Positions 19,993 to 30,153 of a stretch of 64,000 nucleotides of DNA are shown piece by piece. How positions within the stretch are numbered: position 1 is the stretch's first letter; the number at the start of each line of letters is the position of its first letter. The DNA is taken from positions 32,001 through 96,000 of the forward strand of contig CAZSKP010000009.1 in NCBI GenBank assembly GCA_964607485.1. Reading direction: 5' to 3'. This DNA comes from an uncultured bacterium (GTDB taxonomy: Bacteria > Abyssobacteria > SURF-5). A program made the translations under genes and the position numbers. The notes under the pieces are model-generated. The model searched no databases and was not told the DNA's origin. It saw only the letters and a list, made by a program, of their open reading frames with translations.

Positions 19993-21960
19993 CTATTCTC
20001 CCATCAGGCTGCGGACGGCCTGCTCGAGCCTGTCCTCGTCGGGGATGACCGTTTGTTCGAGCGATGGCGCGAACGGAACCGGCGTATCCAGCGCAGCGAC
20101 CCTCTCGATGGGCGCGTCGAGATAGTCGAACGCCTCCTTTGCCGCGATGGCGGCCACCTCGGCGCCGAACCCGCCCGTGAGGCATCCCTCTTCGGCTATG
20201 ATCAGCCGGCCCGTCTTCTTGACCGAATCGATGATTGTTTTCTTGTCGAGCGGCGCGAGGGTGCGCGGGTCTATCACCTCGATGGAAATTCCGTCGCGCT
20301 GCAACCGTTCGGCGACGCCCAGCGCCTTCGCCACCATTGCCGAGACGGCGACAACGGTCACGTCTTTGCCGGCGCGCTTGATGTCGGCCTTGCCGAACGG
20401 AATCGTGTATTCGCCCGTGGGAACCTCGCCGGAGTTGAAGTACATCGCCTTGTTCTCGAAGAACAGCACCGGATTGTCCGACCGGATGGCCGTCGTGAGC
20501 AGGCCCTTCGCGTCGCGCGGCGTCGAAGGAACGGCGATTACCAAGCCCGGCACGTGCATCAGCAACGCCTCGAGGCTCTGCGAATGCTGGGCGGCGGCGG
20601 AGAAACCCGCGCCCATGTTGGTGCGTATGACGAGCGGCATCTTCACCTGGCCGCCGGTCATGAAGCGGAGCTTTGCGGCCTGATTGATGATGGGGTCCAT
20701 GCAGCACGTGAGAAAATCGGAAAACTCTATTTCCGCCACAGGCCTGAGGCCGGTCATCGCCGCGCCCACGGCGGCACCGGCTATTATATTTTCGCTGATG
20801 GGCGTATCGAGCACGCGTTCCTCGCCGAACTCCTCGACGAGACCGGCGGTGACGCCGAAGACGCCGATGGTCACATCTTCTCCGAGCACTACCACGCTCG
20901 GGTCGCGACTCATCTCGTCGCGCAGCGTCTGCTGAACGGCCAGTGCGAGCGGGATGTCCTCCTTCTCGTTCGACGCCGCCGCACTCTGCGAGACCGTTTC
21001 AGTGGAATAGACGTTCTGCGTCACGGTTGCGGGGTCGGGGTCGGGACTCTCATCGGCGAACTTGACTGCGTCCCTGACCGCGCCATCGACGGATTCGTCA
21101 ATGGCGTCCAGTTCCCCTTCCTTCGCGACGCCTTCAGCGACGAGCTTGGCGCGGAAATTGGCGATCGGGCATTTCTCTTTCCACTCCTCGACCTCCTCGT
21201 CGCTCCTGTACGAATACACGTCGCCCTCGTAGTGGCCCATCCACCGATAGGTCTTGCACTCGATGAGCGTGGGCCCCTTGCCCGAGCGCGCCCTCTCGAC
21301 GGCCTGCTCAGTCGCCGCCTTGACGGCCATGACATCGTTGCCGTCAACTATGACGCCGGGGATTCCGTACGCCGCGGCCTTGTCGGCGATGTCGGCAACC
21401 TTTGAATGTTTCGCGTACGGCGTGAACTGACCGTACAGATTATTCTCGCAGACGAAGACGACCGGCAGGTTCCACACGGAGGCGAGGTTGACGCTCTCAT
21501 GAAACATCCCCTCTGTGGTCGCGTCGTCTCCGAAGAAGCAGGCGACAACCTGCTTGCTCTTTCGCACCTTAACGCTCAGGCCGGCTCCGGCGGCGATCTG
21601 GGTCCCCGCGCCGACGATTCCGTTTGCGCCGAGAATGCCCAGGCCGACATCGACGATGTGCATCGAGCCGCCCCTGCCGTGGCAGTAGCCCGTTTCTTTT
21701 CCGTAAAGCTCGGCCATCATCTTGTTCAGGTCGCCGCCCTTGGCGATCAGGTGGCCGTGGCCTCGGTGGGTGCTCGTTATGTAGTCGTCGTCGTTCAGGC
21801 CGGCGCAGACCCCCACCGCGACCGCCTCCTGCCCCGTGTACAGATGCACGAAGCCGGGAATGCAGCCGTTGGCAAACTGGACAGAAACCTCCTCCTCGAA
21901 CTTGCGGAGTTCCTGCATCGATTTGTACAGTCTCAGAAGTTGCTCTTTCGATGAAGTCAT
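19993..21960 (-). CDS. Fused E1 alpha/beta TPP-dependent dehydrogenase (acetoin/2-oxoacid dehydrogenase type)
   Basis: Alpha: HLYTGQEA, THRGHGH, GRGGSMH, GDDA...ENN; beta: GEDV, DTPISE, AQHSQ, IDPRTL; GGAGG SD. Confidence 0.92.
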   Translation of the reverse strand: MTSSKEQLLRLYKSMQELRKFEEEVSVQFANGCIPGFVHLYTGQEAVAVGVCAGLNDDDYITSTHRGHGHLIAKGGDLNKMMAELYGKETGYCHGRGGSMHIVDVGLGILGANGIVGAGTQIAAGAGLSVKVRKSKQVVACFFGDDATTEGMFHESVNLASVWNLPVVFVCENNLYGQFTPYAKHSKVADIADKAAAYGIPGVIVDGNDVMAVKAATEQAVERARSGKGPTLIECKTYRWMGHYEGDVYSYRSDEEVEEWKEKCPIANFRAKLVAEGVAKEGELDAIDESVDGAVRDAVKFADESPDPDPATVTQNVYSTETVSQSAAASNEKEDIPLALAVQQTLRDEMSRDPSVVVLGEDVTIGVFGVTAGLVEEFGEERVLDTPISENIIAGAAVGAAMTGLRPVAEIEFSDFLTCCMDPIINQAAKLRFMTGGQVKMPLVIRTNMGAGFSAAAQHSQSLEALLMHVPGLVIAVPSTPRDAKGLLTTAIRSDNPVLFFENKAMYFNSGEVPTGEYTIPFGKADIKRAGKDVTVVAVSAMVAKALGVAERLQRDGISIEVIDPRTLAPLDKKTIIDSVKKTGRLIIAEEGCLTGGFGAEVAAIAAKEAFDYLDAPIERVAALDTPVPFAPSLEQTVIPDEDRLEQAVRSLMGE

Positions 21961-22050
21961 GTAGCACGTGCCTCCGTAATCGTTACTCACGCGGGAGAGT
22001 GTGTTTGTCCTCACAACGCGAGAGGCTGCGCCCACGCAGTTGTCCCGGAC

Positions 22051-22740
22051 TCACCATTGCGAGGAATATTCCTCGGGCAGTTGTTCTCTCAAGGCAGTCA
22101 TACCTGCTTTGACAATGCCGGTCATCTCGGAGACTCTCCTTCCCACACTCTCGGCGCACATGAGTCCTTCCTGGTCCTCAAGCACCTTGTCTTTGGCGAA
22201 CGGGTCAAGCCCTCCGCCCGTATATGCAGCAGCGCCGATGTAGCTTCCCATCAACGTATCGCCCGATACAACGACGCCGTTCAGCATCAGACAACTGGCC
22301 AGCAGAAACGTCAAGACATTGTCCTGCCCGCCATACCGGTGGCCGCCGTTCGTGACAACCCCGCATACCTTGCTGAACCTGGGCATCATCTGCCCCTTGT
22401 GCAGATAGTGACAGAGGGTCAGGTTGCCCAGCCTATCGAGCAGCGCCTTCATCGAGGCCGGCACCGACATATGATAGACGGGCGCGCCCCAGATGACGCC
22501 GTCAGTGTCCAGGTATATCTTGATAAAATCCTGCAGATCGTCCTCGAAGACACATTCACCTTTTTCGAGGCACTTGTAGCAACTGATGCAGTGATGCACC
22601 TTCTTGCCGGCGAGCTGATAGAGGGTCGTTTCGACGCCGGGCAGGCTGTTGGCTCCCTCAAGGGCTTTCGCCACAAGTTTGGCGGTGTTGCCGTCCTTGC
22701 GCGGGCTTCCCGAAACCCCGAGGATTCTCAGGCTCTCCAT
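22051..22740 (-). CDS. Flavodoxin-fold iron-sulfur flavoprotein / NADPH-dependent FMN reductase family
   Basis: GSPRKDGNT, CISCYKC...C, APVY, GGQ; AGGAGG SD. Confidence 0.88.
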   Translation of the reverse strand: MESLRILGVSGSPRKDGNTAKLVAKALEGANSLPGVETTLYQLAGKKVHHCISCYKCLEKGECVFEDDLQDFIKIYLDTDGVIWGAPVYHMSVPASMKALLDRLGNLTLCHYLHKGQMMPRFSKVCGVVTNGGHRYGGQDNVLTFLLASCLMLNGVVVSGDTLMGSYIGAAAYTGGGLDPFAKDKVLEDQEGLMCAESVGRRVSEMTGIVKAGMTALREQLPEEYSSQW

Positions 22741-22774
22741 GTTCAGCCTCCTGCCGCCAGGGGCGAGCGATGGC

Positions 22775-24028
22775 CTAACAGTGCGTTGTCTCAATGAGAT
22801 GGTGGGGAAGCCCCATCACGGTGCTGCAACCGTCTTCGGTGATGATGAGGAGATTCTCATACTGGAATGCTCCTTCGCCGCCGAACTTCCGTAACCCGAC
22901 CGCCCCGAGCGATTCGACCTCGAACGTCATTCCCGCCTCCAGAATCGTTTCGTCGCTCGCTCCCAGTACCGGGGGTTCCTGCAAATCCAGACCGATACCG
23001 TGGCCGTACATCTCAAACCCCATGAGCCCGCCTTCGACATTCACGTTGTTGACAGCTTCCCAAACGTCCCTCGCCTTAATTCCCGGCCTCGCCACTCTGG
23101 CTGCCGCCTCAAACCCTTCCCCTATCGTGTCCCAGCACTTTCTCCAATTCTCGGTGGCGGGACCGACGTTGATCATTCTGCCCATATCGGCCCAATATCC
23201 TTTGTATCGTAAGCCGATATCGATTGAGAGGTAGTCGCCCCGGTTAATGGTGCATCCCTCGAAGTGATGCCCGGTATCCCACATTCCCTCGCGCTCCGAA
23301 CCGCACATGATGTGCCCGCTTTGGACCCAATCCGCTCCGTTCTCATACGCAGCGCAAATGAACAGCTTTCCGACGTCTTGCTCCGTCATTCCCGGCCGGT
23401 ATTTCTCGACAACCGTCGCCATCGCTTGTCTGTGGATGCAGGCCGACTTCGTCAGCCTGTCTATCTCAAGCGGTGATTTGACCATCCTGCATCCCCAGAT
23501 CACTCTGTCGCCGTCCACGAAGCGTGCCTCGGGCAACTCGCTCATCAGCGTGCGGATGTCGTTCAGAGGCCTCGGTATCCATGTATGGCCGAGTTCGCCC
23601 ATCTCCAGAGCGATATTCGCCTTTGCGAAACCCATCTGCTTTACGGTTGCGGCCACCTCGCTGGGGAATTCTCGCTCCGATCGAACCTGGTGAACGTCCA
23701 GTTGCGTCCTGATGTCGCGGATCCAGCTCTGGCCTTCGACCGTCCATCTGAAGAATTCGCCCGTTATGACTACCGGCTCTCCGTCGACGGGGATGAGGAC
23801 CACCAAGGTTTGGATGCTTGGCAGGTGCCAGTGTGTCGACGTGAACGACGCAAAGTAACGACAGTTCTGCCTGCTCCAGAGCATGAGCAGGTCGATGTTC
23901 TCCATCCGCATCAGCTTCTTTGCCTTCTCGATTCGGGCCCGCCACTCTGCATAAGGGACATCCGGAAACTTCGGGTCGGGACCGTAAAGCTCGTACCCTT
24001 GCGGCTCAGGAGGCATCTTCAGCGCCAT
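22775..24028 (-). CDS. M24 (Xaa-Pro peptidase/creatinase fold) hydrolase
   Basis: RMVKSPLEI, metal ligands D (SIDIG), D (WADMGR), H (GHGIG), E (EVES), E (YENL). Confidence 0.88.
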   Translation of the reverse strand: MALKMPPEPQGYELYGPDPKFPDVPYAEWRARIEKAKKLMRMENIDLLMLWSRQNCRYFASFTSTHWHLPSIQTLVVLIPVDGEPVVITGEFFRWTVEGQSWIRDIRTQLDVHQVRSEREFPSEVAATVKQMGFAKANIALEMGELGHTWIPRPLNDIRTLMSELPEARFVDGDRVIWGCRMVKSPLEIDRLTKSACIHRQAMATVVEKYRPGMTEQDVGKLFICAAYENGADWVQSGHIMCGSEREGMWDTGHHFEGCTINRGDYLSIDIGLRYKGYWADMGRMINVGPATENWRKCWDTIGEGFEAAARVARPGIKARDVWEAVNNVNVEGGLMGFEMYGHGIGLDLQEPPVLGASDETILEAGMTFEVESLGAVGLRKFGGEGAFQYENLLIITEDGCSTVMGLPHHLIETTHC

Positions 24029-24061
24029 GAGCAACCTCCTCCGGTGCTTCTTGCAAAGCCA

Positions 24062-25000
24062 TCAGTCGTAGTTAACCGGTGTCGAATACTCGGGTCTCTC
24101 GTGCGCTTTCCAGAAGGCTTCGTGCAACTTCATCGTGATCGGGCCGGGTTTGCCGCCGCTGACGGGAACATCATCAAGCGATTTTACGGGCATGATGCCG
24201 CCCGCCGTGGTGCACATGAACAGTTCATCGGCTGCGCGCACTGTTTCTACGGGAATCTTGCACGCCTTTGCCTCTATATTCATCTCTTTGGCAAGATCAA
24301 ACACTGTAAGGCGTGTTACACCCATCAGACAGTTCGACTCTGGGGTGAGAAGCTTCCCGTCCTTGATCACGAACACATTGAATCCCGGACCTTCGGCCAG
24401 ATTGCCATCGATGTTGAGAAGAAGTGCCGTTTTCGCGCCCTTTGCATGCGCTTCCTTGTCGGCGCGCGTCAGGTCGCCCCAATGGTGGTTCTTAATCTTC
24501 TGATCAACGCACCTATCGGGGATTCGGGGAACCGAACTTATGATGACGTCGGTCCCGATCTTCTGTTCTTCAGGGTCGATAAGCCAGATGAATTCCACGC
24601 AGAACGCATAGAATTGTTGCTGGTATCTGTCCATATCGCGCGGATCATCCATATCCGGCAGCCCGCGTGTGGCGCACAAAAAGACATAGGCATCTCTGAG
24701 CCCCGAGCGGGCGACCATGTCTATCAGTATCTGCCTCATTTCCTCTTTTGTGTAGGGCATCTTGAAGCCGAGCCCGTTGTAGCTCTTCTCAAAACGGTCC
24801 ATGTGGTCGTTGAGCCTGAAGAAGGAACCCTTCCACACGCTCACGACGTCATAGCAGACGTCGCTGTGAAGGAATCCCATATCGATTATGGGAATGCGCG
24901 CCTCGAATATGGGACAAATCTCGCCGCCGACGAAAGCGGCGCCCAGGGAATAAAGCTCGGCGTCCTGATTCTCTTTTGTGTCGACTTGCTTCGTACTCAT
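24062..25000 (-). CDS. PLP class IV aminotransferase, (R)-amine transaminase-like
   Basis: GFLHSDVCYDVVSVW, FFRLNDHMDRF, KNHHWGDL, AEGPGFN, LMGVTR, TTAGG. Confidence 0.88.
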   Translation of the reverse strand: MSTKQVDTKENQDAELYSLGAAFVGGEICPIFEARIPIIDMGFLHSDVCYDVVSVWKGSFFRLNDHMDRFEKSYNGLGFKMPYTKEEMRQILIDMVARSGLRDAYVFLCATRGLPDMDDPRDMDRYQQQFYAFCVEFIWLIDPEEQKIGTDVIISSVPRIPDRCVDQKIKNHHWGDLTRADKEAHAKGAKTALLLNIDGNLAEGPGFNVFVIKDGKLLTPESNCLMGVTRLTVFDLAKEMNIEAKACKIPVETVRAADELFMCTTAGGIMPVKSLDDVPVSGGKPGPITMKLHEAFWKAHERPEYSTPVNYD

Positions 25001-25165
25001 GTTTTCCTCCTTTGAGCATGGCCGACGGCGCCGCCCGCGGTGGCGGCCCATGCGGGTACCGCTCCTATTTGCCTCCGGGATCGAGCAGGACTGCTGTTGG
25101 CAGGACGATACTCGTTTCAATCGACGGCTCGCCGGCGCTCGCGCGTTGCCGAGCATCCGGCCCGA

Positions 25166-25330
25166 TCAGAAGGCTCCCTGCTCTCTTGGTTCGGCGATGA
25201 CCTGCAGCATGCTGTCGGGGTCAAGGTTGTACCGATTGTACAGGGCTTCGGGATAGCCTATTTCCGAGTACTCGTCCCGTACTCCCAGCGCATCCCGTTC
25301 GAGCTCGCGATTTGTGCCAACCGCTAACAC
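25166..25330 (-). pseudogene. Remnant resembling the end of a transketolase C-terminal subunit
   Basis: Manual translation VLAVGTNRELERDALGVRDEYSEIGYPEALYNRYNLDPDSMLQVI; compare VGIEDRFGQSGEPKELMAAYGLTAENV of the tktC in this window. Confidence 0.5.
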
Positions 25331-25343
25331 TCCCCGAAAAAGA

Positions 25344-25772
25344 TCAGTCTATTATCATGTTCTCGTAGCCCAGATCCTTCAGGACGCCCTTATAAATCCC
25401 GAAGGTGGGCCGAATCGCCGTCACCAGCCCGAGCGCCTTCTGCACAGCCCCTGACGCCTTGATCTTGCGCGTGGCGATGGCAGTGACCGCGTTTTCTTTC
25501 CCCTGCCAGTAGCGATGGCTGAAGTCGGCCGATTGGGTCATCGTGACATCGGCCTGGGTTCCGCTGTCGCCCATCTCGTATGAGCCATACATTCCCTCCG
25601 GCGGCGGGTCGGCAAAGTTCAGCAGGATGCTTGCGTCGGGGTCGCTGTAATTGAATCGGATCTTGATCTTGGATTTTGCAAGCTTGGGCGCGACCGCCTC
25701 ATCGGAGAGCACGCGTTTCATGAATTCTTCATAAATCTTGTAGAATTCCTCGGTGTCTTTGAAATATCCCAT
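25344..25772 (-). CDS. SCP2 sterol/lipid-binding domain protein
   Basis: ADVTMTQSAD...YWQGKENAVTAIATRKIKASG; AAGGAG SD. Confidence 0.75.
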   Translation of the reverse strand: MGYFKDTEEFYKIYEEFMKRVLSDEAVAPKLAKSKIKIRFNYSDPDASILLNFADPPPEGMYGSYEMGDSGTQADVTMTQSADFSHRYWQGKENAVTAIATRKIKASGAVQKALGLVTAIRPTFGIYKGVLKDLGYENMIID

Positions 25773-25932
25773 ACCACGCTCCTTCTTCATTCGTCCGGAA
25801 TCCCGCGGAAATATGCCAAGCGGTATCCATCGTACAGCCCCGATTCTATACCGCAGCCCCTCCGACAATCAAGCAGGCGTTTCGAGTCCACCCACACATG
25901 GCCGTGTCGGCTTCCGGGCGAACTACGGGACA

Positions 25933-27029
<1,097 letters not shown>

Positions 27030-27033
<4 letters not shown>

Positions 27034-27776
27034 TGCCTCCTCCCCTCGGATTGCTCCGGCCGGCTGCCTGGTCTTCCGCGACTTATTGGTTTCGACTCCC
27101 ACTTCGGGACAGGCTGTCTCCGATGCGCGGGCGCGATTATGCCGGCTTCAACGACATTCAAAATTTCACGCAGACTCTCCTCCAGAACGTCTCCACTGCT
27201 CGAAATATCCACATTTGCGAAAACGCGGAAGCGCTCCTGCTGATATCGACAGGCAAGTGTCGCAATGAAGATCGCATACACGCTGTCGATCACGTAGGCG
27301 GCGTGTTCGACCGGAAGGTCAGCTCGAATCTCGCCGGACCTTATCCCCTCGGTCAGGACGCGGACAAAGAATTCGGCCGACCTTTTCTCCAGCAACTGCG
27401 CCAGCTCGGCAAGGTGTTTTCCGTCACCGGAGGTGCTGAGGTCGAAATACATCTTGAACATGTTTCGGTAACGCGGAAACACCCGTATGCTTTCCTCGAA
27501 GACTTTCTCGATCTTCGCAATCGGGTCGAGATGCATCCGCTCGATAAGGTCGAAGATTCGGTCCTGTATCCGGACCGCCTCCTTGAAGGTGGAATAGTAG
27601 AGGTCGCGCTTGTCGGCGAAGTAGAGGTAAACGGAACCCTTTCCGATGCCCGCGCGTTGTGCGATCGAGTTGACGTTAGCCTTGTGATAGCCGTGACGCG
27701 CGAATTCGGCGGCGGCATTGCGGAAGATGCGCTCCCTCTTCCTTCCATCCAGCCTGTTGAGCGCTTCCTTTGTCAT
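27030..27776 (-). CDS. TetR/AcrR family regulator
   Basis: IAQRAGIGKGSVYLYFADKRDLY HTH; ATGA overlap with ald. Confidence 0.92.
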
Positions 27777-27809
27777 GCAGGAATCCTCTTTGATGAGAAC
27801 CCGGTGGAC

Positions 27810-27831
27810 TGACTGGGCGGTCACCCAGTCA
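27810..27831. promoter_or_regulatory. Palindromic putative TetR operator
   Basis: TGACTGGG-CGGTCA-CCCAGTCA between a minus-strand TTGACA (27859-27864) and the tetR start. Confidence 0.6.
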
Positions 27832-28019
27832 CTTTGTATATCATATCCCCCGAAAACCTGTCAAGCATTTTTTTCCAAGACAGGCTGCGCCCTCATGCCC
27901 CGCAGGAGAGACGCCCGAACATCGCCCGCATATTGACAATCCGCCGGCCCAGCGACAGAATTAGAAAAAGAGAACGTGGCAAAACACCTTCGGGCACAGG
28001 GAAGGAAGGAGGAATACGA

Positions 28020-28427
28020 GTGGGAAAACTGACGGAGGATATCAAGCATTTCCTTGAAGAAGGCCGGCTGGCGTATGTGGCCACGAGCAGCAGCGATGGC
28101 GTGCCCAACGTCGTGCCGAAAGGGTCGCTGGGCGTGCTCGACGACGACCACCTCGTGTTCGCCGACCTCTATTCTCAGAAGACGCGGAAGAACATCGAGG
28201 CGAACCCGCATGTGGCCGTCGCGGTCGTGAACCCGCCCGCATACCAAGGATACCAGTTCAAGGGAAAGGCGGAGATTCTGGATTCGGGGCCCGCATTCGA
28301 GCGGGCGACCGAAATCGTCGATTCGATAAAGATGGACCCGTCGAAGGTCAAGTATGCGGTGGTGATAACGATAGAAGAGATATACGACCTCGCTCCGGGA
28401 CCGAAATCGGGTAAAAGAGTCGCGTGA
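28020..28427 (+). CDS. Pyridoxamine 5'-phosphate oxidase-like FMN-binding split-barrel protein
   Basis: YVATSSSDGVPNVVPK, KTRKNIEANP, GYQFKG; AGGAGG SD before GTG. Confidence 0.85.
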   Translation: MGKLTEDIKHFLEEGRLAYVATSSSDGVPNVVPKGSLGVLDDDHLVFADLYSQKTRKNIEANPHVAVAVVNPPAYQGYQFKGKAEILDSGPAFERATEIVDSIKMDPSKVKYAVVITIEEIYDLAPGPKSGKRVA

Positions 28428-28488
28428 TGCAAGGCGCGTCGAGCAAAAGACCGGTTGTCCCTTGAACCGGATTGATAAGGAGGCCACC

Positions 28489-28920
28489 ATGAACCAGAGA
28501 GAAGCGAAGAAAAGGGCTCGCAAAATAGTGAATGCCGCCGAGGTGTTTGTGCTGTCAACCGTTGACGGCCGCAACCGTCCGCAGAGCCGCTTCATGGGCG
28601 CAAAGCTGGTTGACAAGGGCATGACCATATACATGGAAACCTATGCCCGCTCGAGGAAGGTGAGACAGATAAAGAAGAATCCGCGCGTCCAATTGCTGTT
28701 CGCGACGAAGAATTATTCAGAAGTTGTCACGCTTTCGGGAAAGGCGTCGATGGATAAATCGGTGGACGTCAGAAAGCGCATCTGGAAGGAGAATCCGGCT
28801 TCGGCAGAATATTTCTCCGGGTATGACGACCCCGCCCTCGGCTTGATCAAATTCAAGCCGGAACGGCTGGAATATTACGGGCCGTCCACCGGATTGGACA
28901 TCATTGAGATAAAGCTGTAA
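28489..28920 (+). CDS. PNPOx-like / general stress protein family
   Basis: LSTVDG..PQSRFM, SRKVRQIKKNP, YFSGYDDP; AAGGAGG SD. Confidence 0.82.
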   Translation: MNQREAKKRARKIVNAAEVFVLSTVDGRNRPQSRFMGAKLVDKGMTIYMETYARSRKVRQIKKNPRVQLLFATKNYSEVVTLSGKASMDKSVDVRKRIWKENPASAEYFSGYDDPALGLIKFKPERLEYYGPSTGLDIIEIKL

Positions 28921-28935
28921 GGCGGGGAGCCTGGC

Positions 28936-29385
28936 TCAACTGATATGCTTCTCCACCAGTTCCTGCAGTTCACGCTTCGGTAGCGCGCCGACCGCCTGTT
29001 CGGCGGGCCGTCCGTCTCGAAACACGATGAGCGTGGGCGTCGCCGTGATTCGGTACGTTCTCGCGCTCTCGGGACTGCTTTCGACATCCAGCTTGCCCAC
29101 CTTTAGCCTGCCCTTATACCGCGAGGCGACGGCCTCAAGCGTCGGTTCCAGGGATCTGCATGCGCCGCACCACGTGGCGAAGAAATCCACGAGCACCGGA
29201 ACATCAGCGCCCAGCACCTCGTCGGCAAACGTGCCGTCGCTCACGCTGAGCGGCCTGTCGGAGGTAGACCCGCGCGGCTCCAGCGTAGCCGAACATTTCC
29301 CGCAGACCGGCTGTTCCCGCTTCTCGCCGTCGAACCGATTGACCGAGCCGCATTGGCGGCATTTGACATAGAGGATTTCGCTCAT
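28936..29385 (-). CDS. trxC: Thioredoxin with N-terminal zinc-binding CxxC pairs (TrxC type)
   Basis: CRQC...CGKC, DFFATWCGAC, TPT cis-Pro region. Confidence 0.85.
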   Translation of the reverse strand: MSEILYVKCRQCGSVNRFDGEKREQPVCGKCSATLEPRGSTSDRPLSVSDGTFADEVLGADVPVLVDFFATWCGACRSLEPTLEAVASRYKGRLKVGKLDVESSPESARTYRITATPTLIVFRDGRPAEQAVGALPKRELQELVEKHIS

Positions 29386-29588
29386 TTTTCACGGGGCACA
29401 TACGTGAGCACGCGAATGATTCCCATCGTCGAGCCGTCCACATTGGCCGTCGTCGCGTCGGACACCGAAATGACCTTTTTCACGTCGTTCTCGGCGATGA
29501 AATCGTTAACCTGTTTGTCCAGGCCGTCGAGCTCCTGAGTAATGTGGAATATCTTGAACTGCGACCCGAACGTCTTCACCTTTACCAT
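29382..29588 (-). CDS. Small hypothetical protein (68 aa)
   Basis: MVKVKTF...LDKQVNDFI...VISVSD...IIRVLTY; GGAGG SD; ATGA overlap with trxC. Confidence 0.7.
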   Translation of the reverse strand: MVKVKTFGSQFKIFHITQELDGLDKQVNDFIAENDVKKVISVSDATTANVDGSTMGIIRVLTYVPREK

Positions 29589-29695
29589 GACTGATGCCCT
29601 CCGGTTTGTTCGAGAAACCGCGTACTTTCTTCTTTCTTTCTCAACTGTAGCATTCGCAAAGGGGCGGGGCAACGCAGCCGCCCCAAAAAAAGGTC

Positions 29696-29724
29696 TTGAC
29701 AAGAGGGGCGACATGGGGTAATAT
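29696..29724 (+). promoter_or_regulatory. Sigma70-type promoter of the arsR-hgc operon
   Basis: TTGACA-17nt-TAATAT; followed by imperfect palindrome GTGT-N8-ACAC (possible ArsR operator). Confidence 0.65.
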
Positions 29725-29765
29725 GTGTATATGTGGACACCTTTCCACCTATAGCGGAACCGAAA

Positions 29766-30131
29766 ATGACCACCACCACTCCTAAACGCAGGAAACTGCG
29801 GGATGCGTCGGCGGACGACGTCCAGTATTGTCACGACTATTTCGAGCAGCTCTTCCGCACGAACTTTTTCAAGTGTCTCAACGATGAGACGCGGCAGAAA
29901 ATCATCCTGCTGACCGGCCTCGCCGGCGAGGAGGGGATGTGCGTCGCGGAAATCGCCGGCCACTTCAACCTCGACAGGACCACCGTATCACATCACCTGA
30001 CAATGCTGCGCAACAACAACTTGCTTGAAGTGACCAAGCGGGGCAAGGAAAGGTATTACCGGATGAACGTCGATTACGTGATAGGCGCGGTCGAAGAGGT
30101 CGCGAGGATACTCAAAGCCTGCTGCAAATGA
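29766..30131 (+). CDS. ArsR/SmtB family metalloregulator with C-terminal CC
   Basis: FKCLNDETRQKII, MCVAEIA, TVSHHL, GKERYY, ends KACCK; start could be 29733. Confidence 0.9.
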   Translation: MTTTTPKRRKLRDASADDVQYCHDYFEQLFRTNFFKCLNDETRQKIILLTGLAGEEGMCVAEIAGHFNLDRTTVSHHLTMLRNNNLLEVTKRGKERYYRMNVDYVIGAVEEVARILKACCK

Positions 30132-30153
30132 CCAGCATGGAAGAACCTGCGCC

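Noticed and set aside
19991-20707. N-terminal extension of the 649-aa E2 ORF
   Set aside because: Overlaps E1 in another frame; the lipoyl domain starts at ATG 19990.
25302-25320. TGGCAC sigma54-like half site on minus strand (also TGGCAC near 51374 on plus strand)
   Set aside because: No GC at the required GG-N10-GC spacing.
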